Below are positions 40,464 through 51,571 of a stretch of DNA of 64,000 nt, piece by piece (the first letter of the stretch is position 1; every line of letters starts with the position of its first letter). The notes beneath the pieces were generated by a model. It made no database searches and had not been told where the DNA came from. It was given only the letters and a program-made list of their open reading frames with translations. The stretch comes from Cirrosporium novae-zelandiae (Eukaryota), in NCBI GenBank assembly GCA_026023565.1, contig JAPETS010000002.1:868001-932000 (forward strand), given 5' to 3'. Both the position numbers and the translations under genes were made by a program.

Positions 40464-41743
40464 TTGGAGTTATACATGTATTGTTCTCTCTGTAATTAAA
40501 GCTCAGAGTATAACAATTTGGAGGAGATAGGACATAATAACGAAGCGCGAGATGCATTCCCTTGAAGAGGAGTAGTAGTGGAAAGAATAGTTAAGCTACG
40601 GACTGATGAGGATGGATCATGGCTAGGATCATCCTCATTCTCTGTAATTTGCAAGGCAGAGTTGGTTTTTTCATGTATAGATTAAAGCTTACCCTAAGGA
40701 GCATGTAGACTCCGATAGAGGTATCATCTATCAGCTTAGTCGGAGATGGTTTGACGTTGGGATAGCGGAGGAGCTGGATGCTTGCTAATTCTGAGTTTAT
40801 AAATAATTACATGGCTCAAGACTTGGAGGCTTGGAGGGGAGGTTTGGAGCTCACAGTAGTTGGGTATGCCACTATCCGTATGATTGGTATTGATTTGTAT
40901 TCACTGACACTGTTTGCCCTGCATGGTCTCACGACGACATCCGGTTCCACCCGATTTGGCTAATTTTATTTATTAATCAAAACTCCAAGATATATATACA
41001 CACAACTTCTCGCTCTCCATTAGTTTGATTTAAATCTATGCATGTTAACCAGTACTATTCCATCTTTATTTTCAGTTGATTGTTTTGTTACGAGAATGCC
41101 TTGACGTTTCGCATGAATCATTTAGCACAAACCTACTTTGAAAGTAGGCGTATGGTAGATATGCCGACTTGAGGCCTATCTACCTACAGTAGGTAGTCTA
41201 AGGTTTGAGCTTAGGCAACCTATATAAGGCGGCATCCGTGATATTATTATTTTTTATCGATGTGTAGGGTAGTAGGGGAGTGGACGGCTACGTAGACGCT
41301 CTGATTCACAACATCTTATCTTATCTTAAACTTTCTTTTATCTAATCTAAGCAAAATCAAACATATAACCCTATCAAATATATATCTTTCCTTCCCTGAC
41401 AGTGTTTTCGTGGCATGGTTCACTGCCATAGAAATTTCTATAAACACCTTTTTTATTTCTTAAAACGTCAAATGTATGCGTGCATGCTCGGCCGTCTACG
41501 ATGTCTTCTCGGCTTTCAAAAATCTCGCAAAAATATTTCCATCTTAAATAATGATAACACCTTAACTTGATAACTATATCATAGATAGCAGGGACAGAAA
41601 AGTGCTCGGACAAAATGAGTTGCCTTGTAACTACTATTGTTGCTTCCTGACTGACCGTGCTTGAATCTTTCTGCTGTTTTCTGGATCACGTTCAAACCTT
41701 CTGAAGAAGTTTCAACAGCTCAGCGAATGGATCCATTCACAAT

Positions 41744-41840
41744 TCTAGCTGTGTTTAAAATCTGGCAGCTCCCTCCTCTAGTTGTGTTTGAAAACTGGCA
41801 ATTACCCCTCCAGTTGTATCTAAGATCCGACCACCCCCCC
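41744..41840. repeat. Three degenerate 32-33 bp direct repeats
   Basis: Copies start at 41744 (TCTAGCTGTGTTTAAAATCTGGCAG), 41777 (TCTAGTTGTGTTTGAAAACTGGCAA) and 41809 (TCCAGTTGTATCTAAGATCCGAC). Confidence 0.75.
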
Positions 41841-41996
41841 CTCCATTCTCTATAAATTTGCCTCCTTGCCCTGTACTTTTTCTCCTCATTCTCTACTTTT
41901 CTCCTCATCTTTTATCTTCACTCCCCATCCTCTACCTTTTCACCTTTTCTACTTCGTTACATTTGTCCAGCCTTTTATTTTACCCACATCACCAAA

Positions 41997-42515
41997 ATGG
42001 CTGGTCAAATAGTATATATGAATAATGTCGAGCGAGGGGATGTTCTATATCTTAGAAAACTGCAGGAGGTGGTACTTACCGGACACATCAGGGACTTGTT
42101 CTATGATTCGGGGATCGAGGACTTAGGAATGAACCACCCGTGTCTTATCGTTGACACGAACGCGGTGACGGGGATGGTTGATATTCTGATCCTGACATCG
42201 TTTGGGGGTTGTGGTATCGAGACGGGTTGGCAATCTAGGGCCAAGTATCTCGTTCCTACCGTGGGTAGCAAGCTCCACAAACCATTCTCCCAGCACATTC
42301 AATACCAACCAACAAAGCTGGGATGGAGGCCAGGATACTTGCAAATCGATCGAATGTACAGAGTCCGCAGAGAATTACTTCGCCATTATGACGCCAACAA
42401 CGCACATGAGCGCTTTAGTCTCACGGAAGCGTCATTCGAGTTCGTCCAAAGGCTCGTGGAGAAACGCGGACTCCAGATCGAGAAACCAAGGTCAACCAAA
42501 GCAAATTCCATCTAG
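41997..42515 (+). CDS. Hypothetical protein with MazF/PemK-like motif pattern
   Basis: Intronless 172-aa ORF with CACCAAAATGG start context, TATAAA at 41851-41856 and a CT-rich leader; motifs VERGDVLYL, HPCLIVD, ILILTS, GYLQIDRMYRV, SLTEASFEFV. Confidence 0.65.
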   Translation: MAGQIVYMNNVERGDVLYLRKLQEVVLTGHIRDLFYDSGIEDLGMNHPCLIVDTNAVTGMVDILILTSFGGCGIETGWQSRAKYLVPTVGSKLHKPFSQHIQYQPTKLGWRPGYLQIDRMYRVRRELLRHYDANNAHERFSLTEASFEFVQRLVEKRGLQIEKPRSTKANSI

Positions 42516-43038
42516 ATAGATTTCATCTAGATAGGAAGGCCTCCTACTGGTTCAACGAAAGCATCGGCCCCCTTACCACCTCGTCGCCCTACCTGCCATT
42601 TCTCCTCAATGTCGTACCCTTCACACGCCCTGCCCTTATTCCCAATATTCTCATGGGAGCCCATTTCAATACCCTCAGTACCCTCCTCGACCTCACCAAT
42701 ACAGTGCACACCAATATCCAGATGGCGGATATTACCAAATTCCCGTGCCACTCAACAACTTATACAGCCGTCAACCTTACTATTAGCGCCCAGCGACCTG
42801 GGCATATTTTTTTCGGCTCATCTCTATACCCTCCGGAGCCGAACTACAAACTTTTGGTTGCATGTCTACATAAAAACCAAGTGACTTTTAGGAGATCGTG
42901 GAGTTTTGGATTTGAATATTTTCGCAAAGGAGTTAATGTTTAGGCCTAATGGAATGGCCACTACTGTATATAATTATCGCTGCTTTAGCTGCATATGATA
43001 ACTGTTAGGGGGGTTTCTTGCTAGATTTTTCCTTATGA

Positions 43039-43181
43039 ATGAAAAAACAATGATGATGATAATTCATTGTTCTATGTCTGCATGTTACTTAAGAGCTATG
43101 ACGGACAAAATGAAAAAAACAATGATGATGATAATTCATTGTTTTATGTCGGCATGTTGCTCAAGAGCTATGACGGACAAA
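43039..43181. repeat. Tandem duplication, about 71 bp x2
   Basis: ATGAAAAAACAATGATGATGATAATTCATTGTT..AAGAGCTATGACGGACAAA at 43039 and 43110, about 4 substitutions plus one indel. Confidence 0.9.
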
Positions 43182-43414
43182 AAAAATATTAAAATACAAC
43201 TCAATGTGCCAGATTTTTAAATTGTACCGCTTATGATGCTCCTCACCACTCTAAGAATATAGTAGCTGCGACACCATGAGGACTAAGGTAGTATTAATCA
43301 TCAAATTCATTTTCGTAGAGAAAGAAGGGTGTTGAAAGAGCTGGTAGGGCTATTTTGGCCCCGCTGATAGGGCGAAATGCCAAGCTCCGGGGTAAAACGG
43401 GCCACCGCGCCAGC

Positions 43415-43430
43415 ACGCGTCAACACGCGT
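43415..43430. promoter_or_regulatory. Tandem MCB elements upstream of the kinetochore gene
   Basis: ACGCGT at 43415-43420 and 43425-43430, about 165 bp before the ATG. Confidence 0.6.
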
Positions 43431-43590
43431 CAACAACTTATAGAGTGCGATACACCATCTTGCACGAACCTACTTGAAATCACTCTACACAGTACCAACA
43501 GATATGGTAGGCTCAGCCATGTGATTGGATTATTGTGTAGGTATTTTGCAGAAAAAAGCTAACTAACTCAACTAGGCAAAGGCCAAGCGC

Positions 43591-44946
43591 ATGAGTTTCG
43601 CTCGCAAAAAGCAACGGAAACCCATTGTCGTCCCGTCGCCTCCCGAACCGGGGGAAGAAGATGGGTCGCCACAGGTTGAAGATTTGACGGAAGAGGAGAA
43701 CAGAGAACAAGAAGACAGCCAGGAGTCTCTAGAAGTAGAAGCCCAAGAGGAGGAGGGTGACGAAGAAGACCTAGACCCTTCACGAGAACCCACCAGGACC
43801 TCCAAAAAGCGCCGGCGGGAAGAACCCTCACCCGGGGATAACGACGATGAATATTCCTCTAATGATCCAGAAGAAGAACAAGAACCTCCACGCAAAAAAC
43901 CATATGCCTCTCTCGTCCCCCGCACTCGCTACGTAACCAAAGACATTATCTCTCGAAAATGGAAGGCCCTGTCAGAGCCAGCGTGCCAGAAGATCGGCGA
44001 GGTCTTTAAGCTGGCGGCTAGACCAGTGGTGATTGGCATGAGGGATGAGAAGAGGAGAGCCGAGGCTCAAACGGTAGTTGGGATGATGGAAAAGAGGTGA
44101 GTTCTTTGCCATACTATACTGTATACCAACGGGAGAGAAATCGAATTCGACGCTGATATAGGTGGGGGGTTCCATATAGGTTAAGGAAGAAATTACCACG
44201 AATGCCATTCCCGCCTACGACGAAAGATGACCATTTTAGCTACGAGGCTATTCTGAATGCGAATGTAGGACCAACCCTACGCCTTTCCTCCCATGGATAT
44301 CCATATTCCAAATCCATAGCTACATATGTACACTCATAACTAACTGTACCTCTTTCTTTCTGTCAGCATTCCCTAGAAAGCCAGCTCACCCCTGCGATCC
44401 ACTCAATCGCTCTCCTCCACGCTGAAATCGAGAAAGAGAAACGAGCGCTGGAGGCCGACCGAGCGGTTCTTTTAACCTTAAAACAGAATGCGAAACGCGA
44501 GGAGGCGGCAAGGAGGAAACAAAAAGGGGTAAGTTTCATCTTCTTCATCTCTCTCTCATACACCCCCCTCCCCCTCCCCCTGTCCCAAACACCCCAAAAG
44601 ACGAACAAAACAAGACTAACCCCCTGAACAGAAACATCCCCTCCTCCAAAAAATGGAGCTCGAATACCCTCCTCCCACTTCCCCCTCACAACCAAAACTA
44701 AATTTCAACCTTGATGAAACCTCCCCACTACCTCTATCCTTTCTCGATGATGATCCTAAAACCATGGACCCGGCACTCGCACCCCTGGTACAGCAACTCC
44801 AGGGCCATTTGCACAGCTTGAAGAATAACATGGCGCAGGTTGCGGGGGTGGGGGATGCGATGAGGAGGACGAGGGCGGCGGTTGAGGAGGTGCTTTGGAG
44901 GGGGTTGGATGGGGGGAGGTATGCTAAGGTTTTGGGTGGGGAATAG
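43591..44946 (+). CDS. Kinetochore protein CENP-Q/Okp1/Fta7, 4 exons
   Basis: PYASLVPRTRYV..II.RKWKAL, LRKKLPRMPFPP..KDDHFSYE, LESQLTPAIHSIALL.AEIEKE coiled coil, HPLL, LQGHLHSL..N; introns 44097-44180, 44265-44367, 44529-44631. Confidence 0.82.
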
Positions 44947-45255
44947 GCCATAGGGAGGGATAAGTGGATGGGTAGGTGTAGCTCGTTTTGTGCCCTTTTG
45001 TTTTCAATTGGTTGGAATGATGAGTTTACGAATTAATGTTTGTAATGAATGTTTACTGGTAGCTGAAGAGAGATAGATAGGTTTGTATTTTGAACTAACA
45101 AATTCGTTTGTACATGTAATATAAAATAGTCATTAAAAAAAACCTAGTTTGCAGGACTGACCGGCATTATCATCATCATCATCATCATCACATTTGCGAG
45201 GGATGGATGGATGGATGGATGAAGAAGCAACCAATAAAATTTCATCATCATCATA

Positions 45256-47320
45256 TCACATACCTACGCCAATGTCAATCACACTCTCCATATTATTCTC
45301 ATCACCCTCTGCTTTTCTCTCATTTCCATTTTCATGCCTAATCCCAATCCCATTCGCAACCCCAACCCCCGGAGCAGCCGAAGTTATCGAACTGGAAGAC
45401 ACATCTCCTCCATTCCTCGGCCTATCCATAACCCTCACAATAGTCCCCATCTTACACTCGGTGCCACTGACCATCCTCCAAGCTCCCTCATCCAACCCCT
45501 TCCCCCCGAACGCTTCTTCCTCCTCCCGATCCCTCGCCATCTCCGCCTCCCCGACCCCACCCGCAAGCCCACCCCTGGGCCCCCCCCCACTTCTCCAAAA
45601 ACCCTTGGGGTCCTTCACCGCGGTAACGAACCAGGGGCGTCCGGCTTTCCAGCTCCAGTATTCTTGGCGCTCGGGATCGATGGTTTGGATGCGGCCGCCG
45701 GAGAGCTTGTAGGTTAGGTAGGTGAGGCCGTTTATTAGGGCGTAGGTTACTAGGCCCGCGATTAGGCCGTAGGCGATGCTATAGGTGAAGGGCATTAGGG
45801 TGAAGGTTACGAAGGCGGGGAGGGCGTCGCCAACGTAGGACCAGTTTATGAGCGTTATTTGACGACACATTGTTCCGCCGACCTGGTTGGTGGGGGGTTA
45901 GTGTGAGAAATATAGGCTGGAGAAAGGAGAGGCAAGAGGGAGGGAGACTTACGAGAATAAGTGTGCACCCCGTGGCCCAGGGTGGTACGCTGGCGAAGAT
46001 GGGCGCAAAGAATATAGAGACCAGGAAGCAGACGCCGACCGTCATGGCCGTAAGACCTGTTTTGCCGCCCTCGGCGATTCCGGCACCCGACTCGATGAAC
46101 GCGGTAACGGGACTCGTTCCCAGGAGCGCCCCTATCGAGATGGAACTCGCGTCGGTGCAGTAGGCGATTGTGGATCTGGGGAAATCGCTCGTTTCCGGGT
46201 CCACGACGCCGCTGAATCGTGCCATGCTGTAGAGTGTTGCGGTGCAGTCCAAGATATCCACGTAAAGGAGGGTGAAGAGCGCGAGGGTGAAGTGCGAGCC
46301 TGCAGTAGAGAGGTTCCAGTCGAGAGCATTGAGGGTATGCCTTATAGGGTTGAAGGTTACGATTTTTTTGAAGAATTCAAAGCGGGCTTCGCCGTCCGGG
46401 GTGTATGGGAAGTAGGTGAATGACGTGGTGCGTGGCCAGGAGACGATGGAGACGATGAGGATGCCAATAATGAAGGAGGATTTGACTTTGTAGGACATTA
46501 GGTATGCGGTTAGAACGAAACCGAGAAACACTCCGAGCCAGAGTTGGGGGTTTTGCATTCTGTGAGATGTGCAAGCTCCGGTTACTTCGTCCAGGTATTG
46601 GGGAGGACAGCCTGCTATCTCTAAAGGTGCGGTTGTTGAACCTGTTACGAGGCCAATTCCAGCACTATAGCTCAGACCAATCAGGGCCAGGAATAAACCG
46701 ATCCCACATGCGCTGGCTATCTTAACGGAGACAGGGATAAGTTTCATGAGCCAGTGTCGCATCCCTGTAAGTGAGAGTAAGATAAAGATCAAGCCTTCCA
46801 GAAAGACGGCTGTAAGTGCAAGGCGGTAGGGGATAGGTCCTGTGCCATGGAACCCAACCACCTGGTAGGCGAAGTAGGCATTAATGCCCATCCCGGGTCT
46901 GGGGGACTGTGAGAAAGCTGCTGCTATGGAAGGAGGAGAAACTTACGCGAGGGCAACGGGAATGTTGGTCAGGAGGCCAAACATAAAGCTACCGATGCCA
47001 GTGATGGCTGAGGTAGCGGTGATAAGGTCCCGATGTACTTCTAAGAGACATTGGCGGTAGTCGGGATCTGTGGTACAGGTGGGATCCTTAGCATCGTTGC
47101 AGACACAGGTGGCCCCAGAGTCGGTGAGGACAAGTGCGTTGACTGAAATGATATATGCCATTGTGAAAAAGGTGGTTAGTCCAGCTCGAATTTCTGTTAG
47201 GAATGTCGAGTTCTTGATTTCATGCTCGTGGCCAGAGGTCTCCAAGTGGAAGAACCTCCCGAAGGCGGACGGCGCGACTGCATTATCTATCCTGCAGCCA
47301 AGCTGTCGAAAACTTTCCAT
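45256..47320 (-). CDS. AzgA-family purine (adenine/guanine) permease, 3 exons
   Basis: EIRAGLTTFFTMAYIISVN, PVALAPGMGINAYFAY, GTSPVTAFIESGAGI.EGGKTGLTA, MPFTYSIAYGLIAG; start codon choice (47320) uncertain. Confidence 0.93.
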
Positions 47321-47730
47321 AGTCGAGAGGAAGTAAATAAATGCAGAATCAAAGGCTGAATAGCGAGTAGCAGACAGAAAGACAGATGGATATCTTGAAA
47401 TGGAAGAGAAGAAACTAGAGGTAGACAATCCATGGCAGACATCATGATAAATGAACTGGTATATTGGTATATCCTTTCAGCTCCTAGGGGAGGCGGCGGA
47501 GAATGAGCACGACGGAAGAGATAGCCGGGAAGCAGGAGGGAATCAGGACAGCAGATCTAGATCAAAGATTATGCACGGACAATATGATTATAGGAAAAGG
47601 CTGGCGACCACCGTCAACGAAAGAGAAAGGTCTAGGAAAGCAAAGATGGTCGAGGGTGACAAGATAGCCGAATAATCAACGGATATAAGATAGAATTCAA
47701 GGTGGTGGAGCTCCTTGAGGAGAAGGCGAA

Positions 47731-47788
47731 GAAGCCATCGAAGCCATCGAAGCCATCGAAGCCATCAAAGCCATTGAAGGAAGCCATC
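47731..47788. repeat. (GAAGCCATC)n 9-mer tandem repeat
   Basis: About 6 copies, last ones degenerate. Confidence 0.85.
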
Positions 47789-49031
47789 CGTTACAGCGGT
47801 AGAGGCCTAATGGACAGACTCATATGAGGTCCCCAGATGAGGTCAATGCAACAGGGTTTATGTATTGTCTATGGGTCTGTCTACAGGCCTACAGGCCAAC
47901 AGACCTGACAGATGCATAAACGAGATGCAATTTGATCAATCCAATTCTTATTAATTCGTCTAATTATGTATTTTATTGAGGGGGACCGGATCGAGGTGCC
48001 AGGCAGATGCATTAATTAAATAGCATAAATTAAGCCTTGCATAATCACAAGCAGATTTATTGTAATACCCATCGTACCATAATTACCACAGCTAATAACT
48101 CATATTGGCCATCCAATCTAGCAGGTAAACACCAACAAGCCTTAGAATGATGATTAAAAAATTTGAAACCTTTCCACTATCATTATTATCAGCTTAATCA
48201 TCTACTAATTAACTTACTCATCATTGAAAAATCCAACTTTGTTGAAAAAACTTCTTGTTTTGTGTATCAAGCTAGAATACCCGAAGAATCAGGCAAACTT
48301 TGATTTGGTTCATGACGCCACCACCCCAATTTGTCAGGGAGAGAGTAACCAAAAGTCCCAAGAATGAAATAATAATCGTTTTTAATATCTGAATTAAGTA
48401 TAGTCCCTTATCAGACGTGGAATATTAAAATTAAAATTAAAATTAATAAAAAAAGAAAAAAAAAAGAAAAAAAAGAAAGAAAGAAAGAGAAAAAGAAAAA
48501 GAAAAGAGATATGATATGATCACCATGATCATCACCATGATCATCACTCACTGTTCGTCTTATCGTTTCCACTTTCCACATGGCTGATTTTCGATAGACG
48601 GACCATCTGAAATCTGGATCTAAGACATCGGGTTGTCCTTCGCTTTCATCCTAAACTCCTCTTCCCGACTTCCGAATCCTCGCCCTTCATCTTGTTCCCA
48701 CATAGACACTTTCGAAAGTATAGTTTGCGGGGATCGGAATTGAATTCATTGAATTCATTAGAACCATGGAAGCACAGGCCGCTAGAACGTGTCAAGAAGG
48801 CCTCACTACCCACTCCCTCAAGACCCCCCAGGGCCCCCAAGGCCCCTGATCATCTTGACTTCAAACCTCTACACATACCCTCTTTCTTCAAGCCAGTCTT
48901 TGCTGCGAGCCATAATCATCTTTTCATAGTATCCATTTACTTCCCTCCCCCCCCCTCCCCCTCCCACCACACACCCCACCACAACCATTATTTAACATCC
49001 GACCTTTTTACTCTATGAAATATTCTTCGTC

Positions 49032-51338
49032 ATGTTTACAGCAGACTTGTCCTGGGCTGACCCCAATGAGGAAACCATTGGCCAGCGACGTGAGCGCAAA
49101 GCTCATCAACGGGCGATGTCCAAGGCCTCAAGCTCGAATTCCCATGGGATATCTCAACGTCCTTTGGCTAGAGGACCCACAAGTAAATATGGCTTTTCAA
49201 TCTTTGGTGGAAAAAAGAACGTTCATGCTATTTCAATCAAAGAGATGACCTGGGATGATGATCTAGCCTCACCAAAAACTTCTGTTAACAATTATATACC
49301 CCTTCCCATATTCGAAAACGTTTACCCCCAAACGCAAAGGCAACCATCTCCGGGATCATCGAGCTCAAAAGCATCTGCACCTTCTACACCATCCTTATCG
49401 CCATCCTTGACTTCCCCTTGGTCGGACGCTGTTGAGAATAGGGGTCGTAATTTGTCCAAGACATCTGTCAAAAGTGCATCTTCCCAAGATATGCCAAATT
49501 CAGCAAAACTTATAGCATCTGGAACTATCACAAATTGGGACAGCAAAACAGTACCTGCTAGTTTCAAGGATAGTCGCAAAAAGCCTGAAGAGGAATATGA
49601 AGCTGAGAAGATAATATACAAGGTACAAGCTTCTAGCGTTGGATCGGTGACGCAGACTAGGGAGGTAGGCTTAATTGACCTATGGACATCGATGTGCCTG
49701 ACTGATAAACCTAGACACGCACGACAGCCGAAGGTTACAAGACAATAGTAGAGCCAACGGTGGAGCCGTTGCTATCTGCATCTGATGAGTATGTTTTCAA
49801 ATATTCCCTCTATATCTTCGCCAGCTCTGACATATTCATAGTGAAAGAGCATGTGAAGCTCCCTCGGATTTTCGACGCAGAAGTTTTCTCCCTTATGCGG
49901 ATCATGCCACCGAAGTACTTTCACCATTAGAGGATCCAAATTCTGTTCTCAAAGGCCCTGGTTCCCCTGATTTGTCAACCTGGAAGGTTGCTGTCTTACC
50001 AGTGACTTCGTTGAAAGTTCAACCATCTTCCCCATCACGGACCCCTTTAAGCCCTCAGTCTTCTTTATCTAATATCGGGGGCCCGGCCGCACCATCCACG
50101 TGGAAACCACCAACAGACTGGGAAACAATCACTGAAGAGGAGAGGTGTTACGAAGAAAATGTTAAGGTTCGACCAGCCAGGAAAAATAGCCATACTCCTA
50201 TTATAGAAGTGAGACCTCAGGACGAGAATTCTTATGTTCGATCAGTCACCAAGATATGCCATACTCCTATTGAAGAGGAAAGCCAGGAGGACCTTACGCC
50301 TTTCCAACGCTTCATTCATCGAATGGAAAGCGCAGGGTCAAAGATAATACTTGATGCGCTGCAAGAAGAATGGGACGAACCAGATGAGGACGCACGAGAT
50401 GAAATGGAGCTCGAAAAGCAGCTGTGGGCTCTGACGGCCCTCCAGCTCTTATCAGTCAAGGCTTCGCGACCGATGAATGGAGATCAAACTGAGCCGCACG
50501 CTGATAATATTGTGAATGGGAGAGGAAAGATTTTGGAGTTGTATGGAAATCGAGGTAAGCTGGATTTTGGACGTCCCATGCTGATGCTAGCCGATGAGCC
50601 TTGCTATCCAGATTTTTAAAGCCTGATACTGATTCCTTTCTAGCCGAAGCCTATCAGATATCTGCCATGGCTCCTTCATCTAGAATCCATTACCTTTCCC
50701 CAAACCCTCCAAACACTATTCCGTTACCTTCAAACCTTTCCTACCTCACTGTCCCCAGCCCTGATATCCTCCCATTTCCCTTCCCCGAATCCTCCTTCAC
50801 GCACATTCGCTCTACCGCCCTCCCTTCTTTGATCCAATCAAATAAGTTCCCCCCTCTATTCAAAGAATGCCATCGGGTCCTCGCATCAGATGGTGTCCTT
50901 GAGTTACGCATATTAGATCCAATGCCTATTAAGAGTACTACGGGTCCAAAATTGCGTGCCTGGATTGAAGAGCACGTGCTTGTCAATCTAGAAAAGAAAT
51001 TCCGATGTTCAAGACCAGGGATTCTAGTCCCATCATGGATCAAGGATGCTGGCTTTAAGATATCACCCTCACTGTCCGATTCAAAGGAGCGGGCTCAGAG
51101 GTTTCCAGCAATGGTGAAGAAAAAAGGGGGAAGCAAATGGGACCTTGATGAGGAGTTGAGGATGGTGGTTGGAAGAATACTGTGGAAAGATTTATGGGGA
51201 TCATTCGTTGAGGGAGAGAAATATTGGTGGGAAGAAAAGGAATTGACAACAGAATGTGAACAGATGGGCACAATGTTTGAATGCTTCAACTTGTTTGCTA
51301 CCAAGGACATGAATAACGACGACAGCCCGTGCTGGTAG
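49032..51338 (+). CDS. Hypothetical protein with disordered N-terminus and C-terminal class I methyltransferase-like domain, 4 exons
   Basis: MFTADLSWAD..ETIGQRRERK start; LPFPFPESSFTHI, FKECHRVLASDGVLELRILDP, FRCSRP, ECEQMGTMFEC; three GT-AG introns link the ORFs. Confidence 0.75.
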
Positions 51339-51571
51339 CGGTGTTGGATGATTAAATGCGTAAAATGTATAACGTGGATAAGTAAAATTAGATTCCAGAC
51401 AAAACTAGCCTGAAATGGTTAAGGTTATTTATGCATTCAATAGGTAATGAATGATGAATGAAAACCATCCTTACTTGAAATATTAATGACATAGGATCTA
51501 AACCACAAATCATAACATCCATAGTTGGATATAAAAGGCTAACAATACCTTCTGGGCTCATAATTTAAAAA

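Noticed and set aside
41744..41840. 33-bp repeats as a CRISPR-like array
   Set aside because: Repeats are contiguous without unique spacers, degenerate, and in a eukaryote with no cas genes
43049..43130. ATGATGA boxes as C/D snoRNA
   Set aside because: No matching CTGA D box or terminal stem; explained by (ATG)n within the tandem duplication
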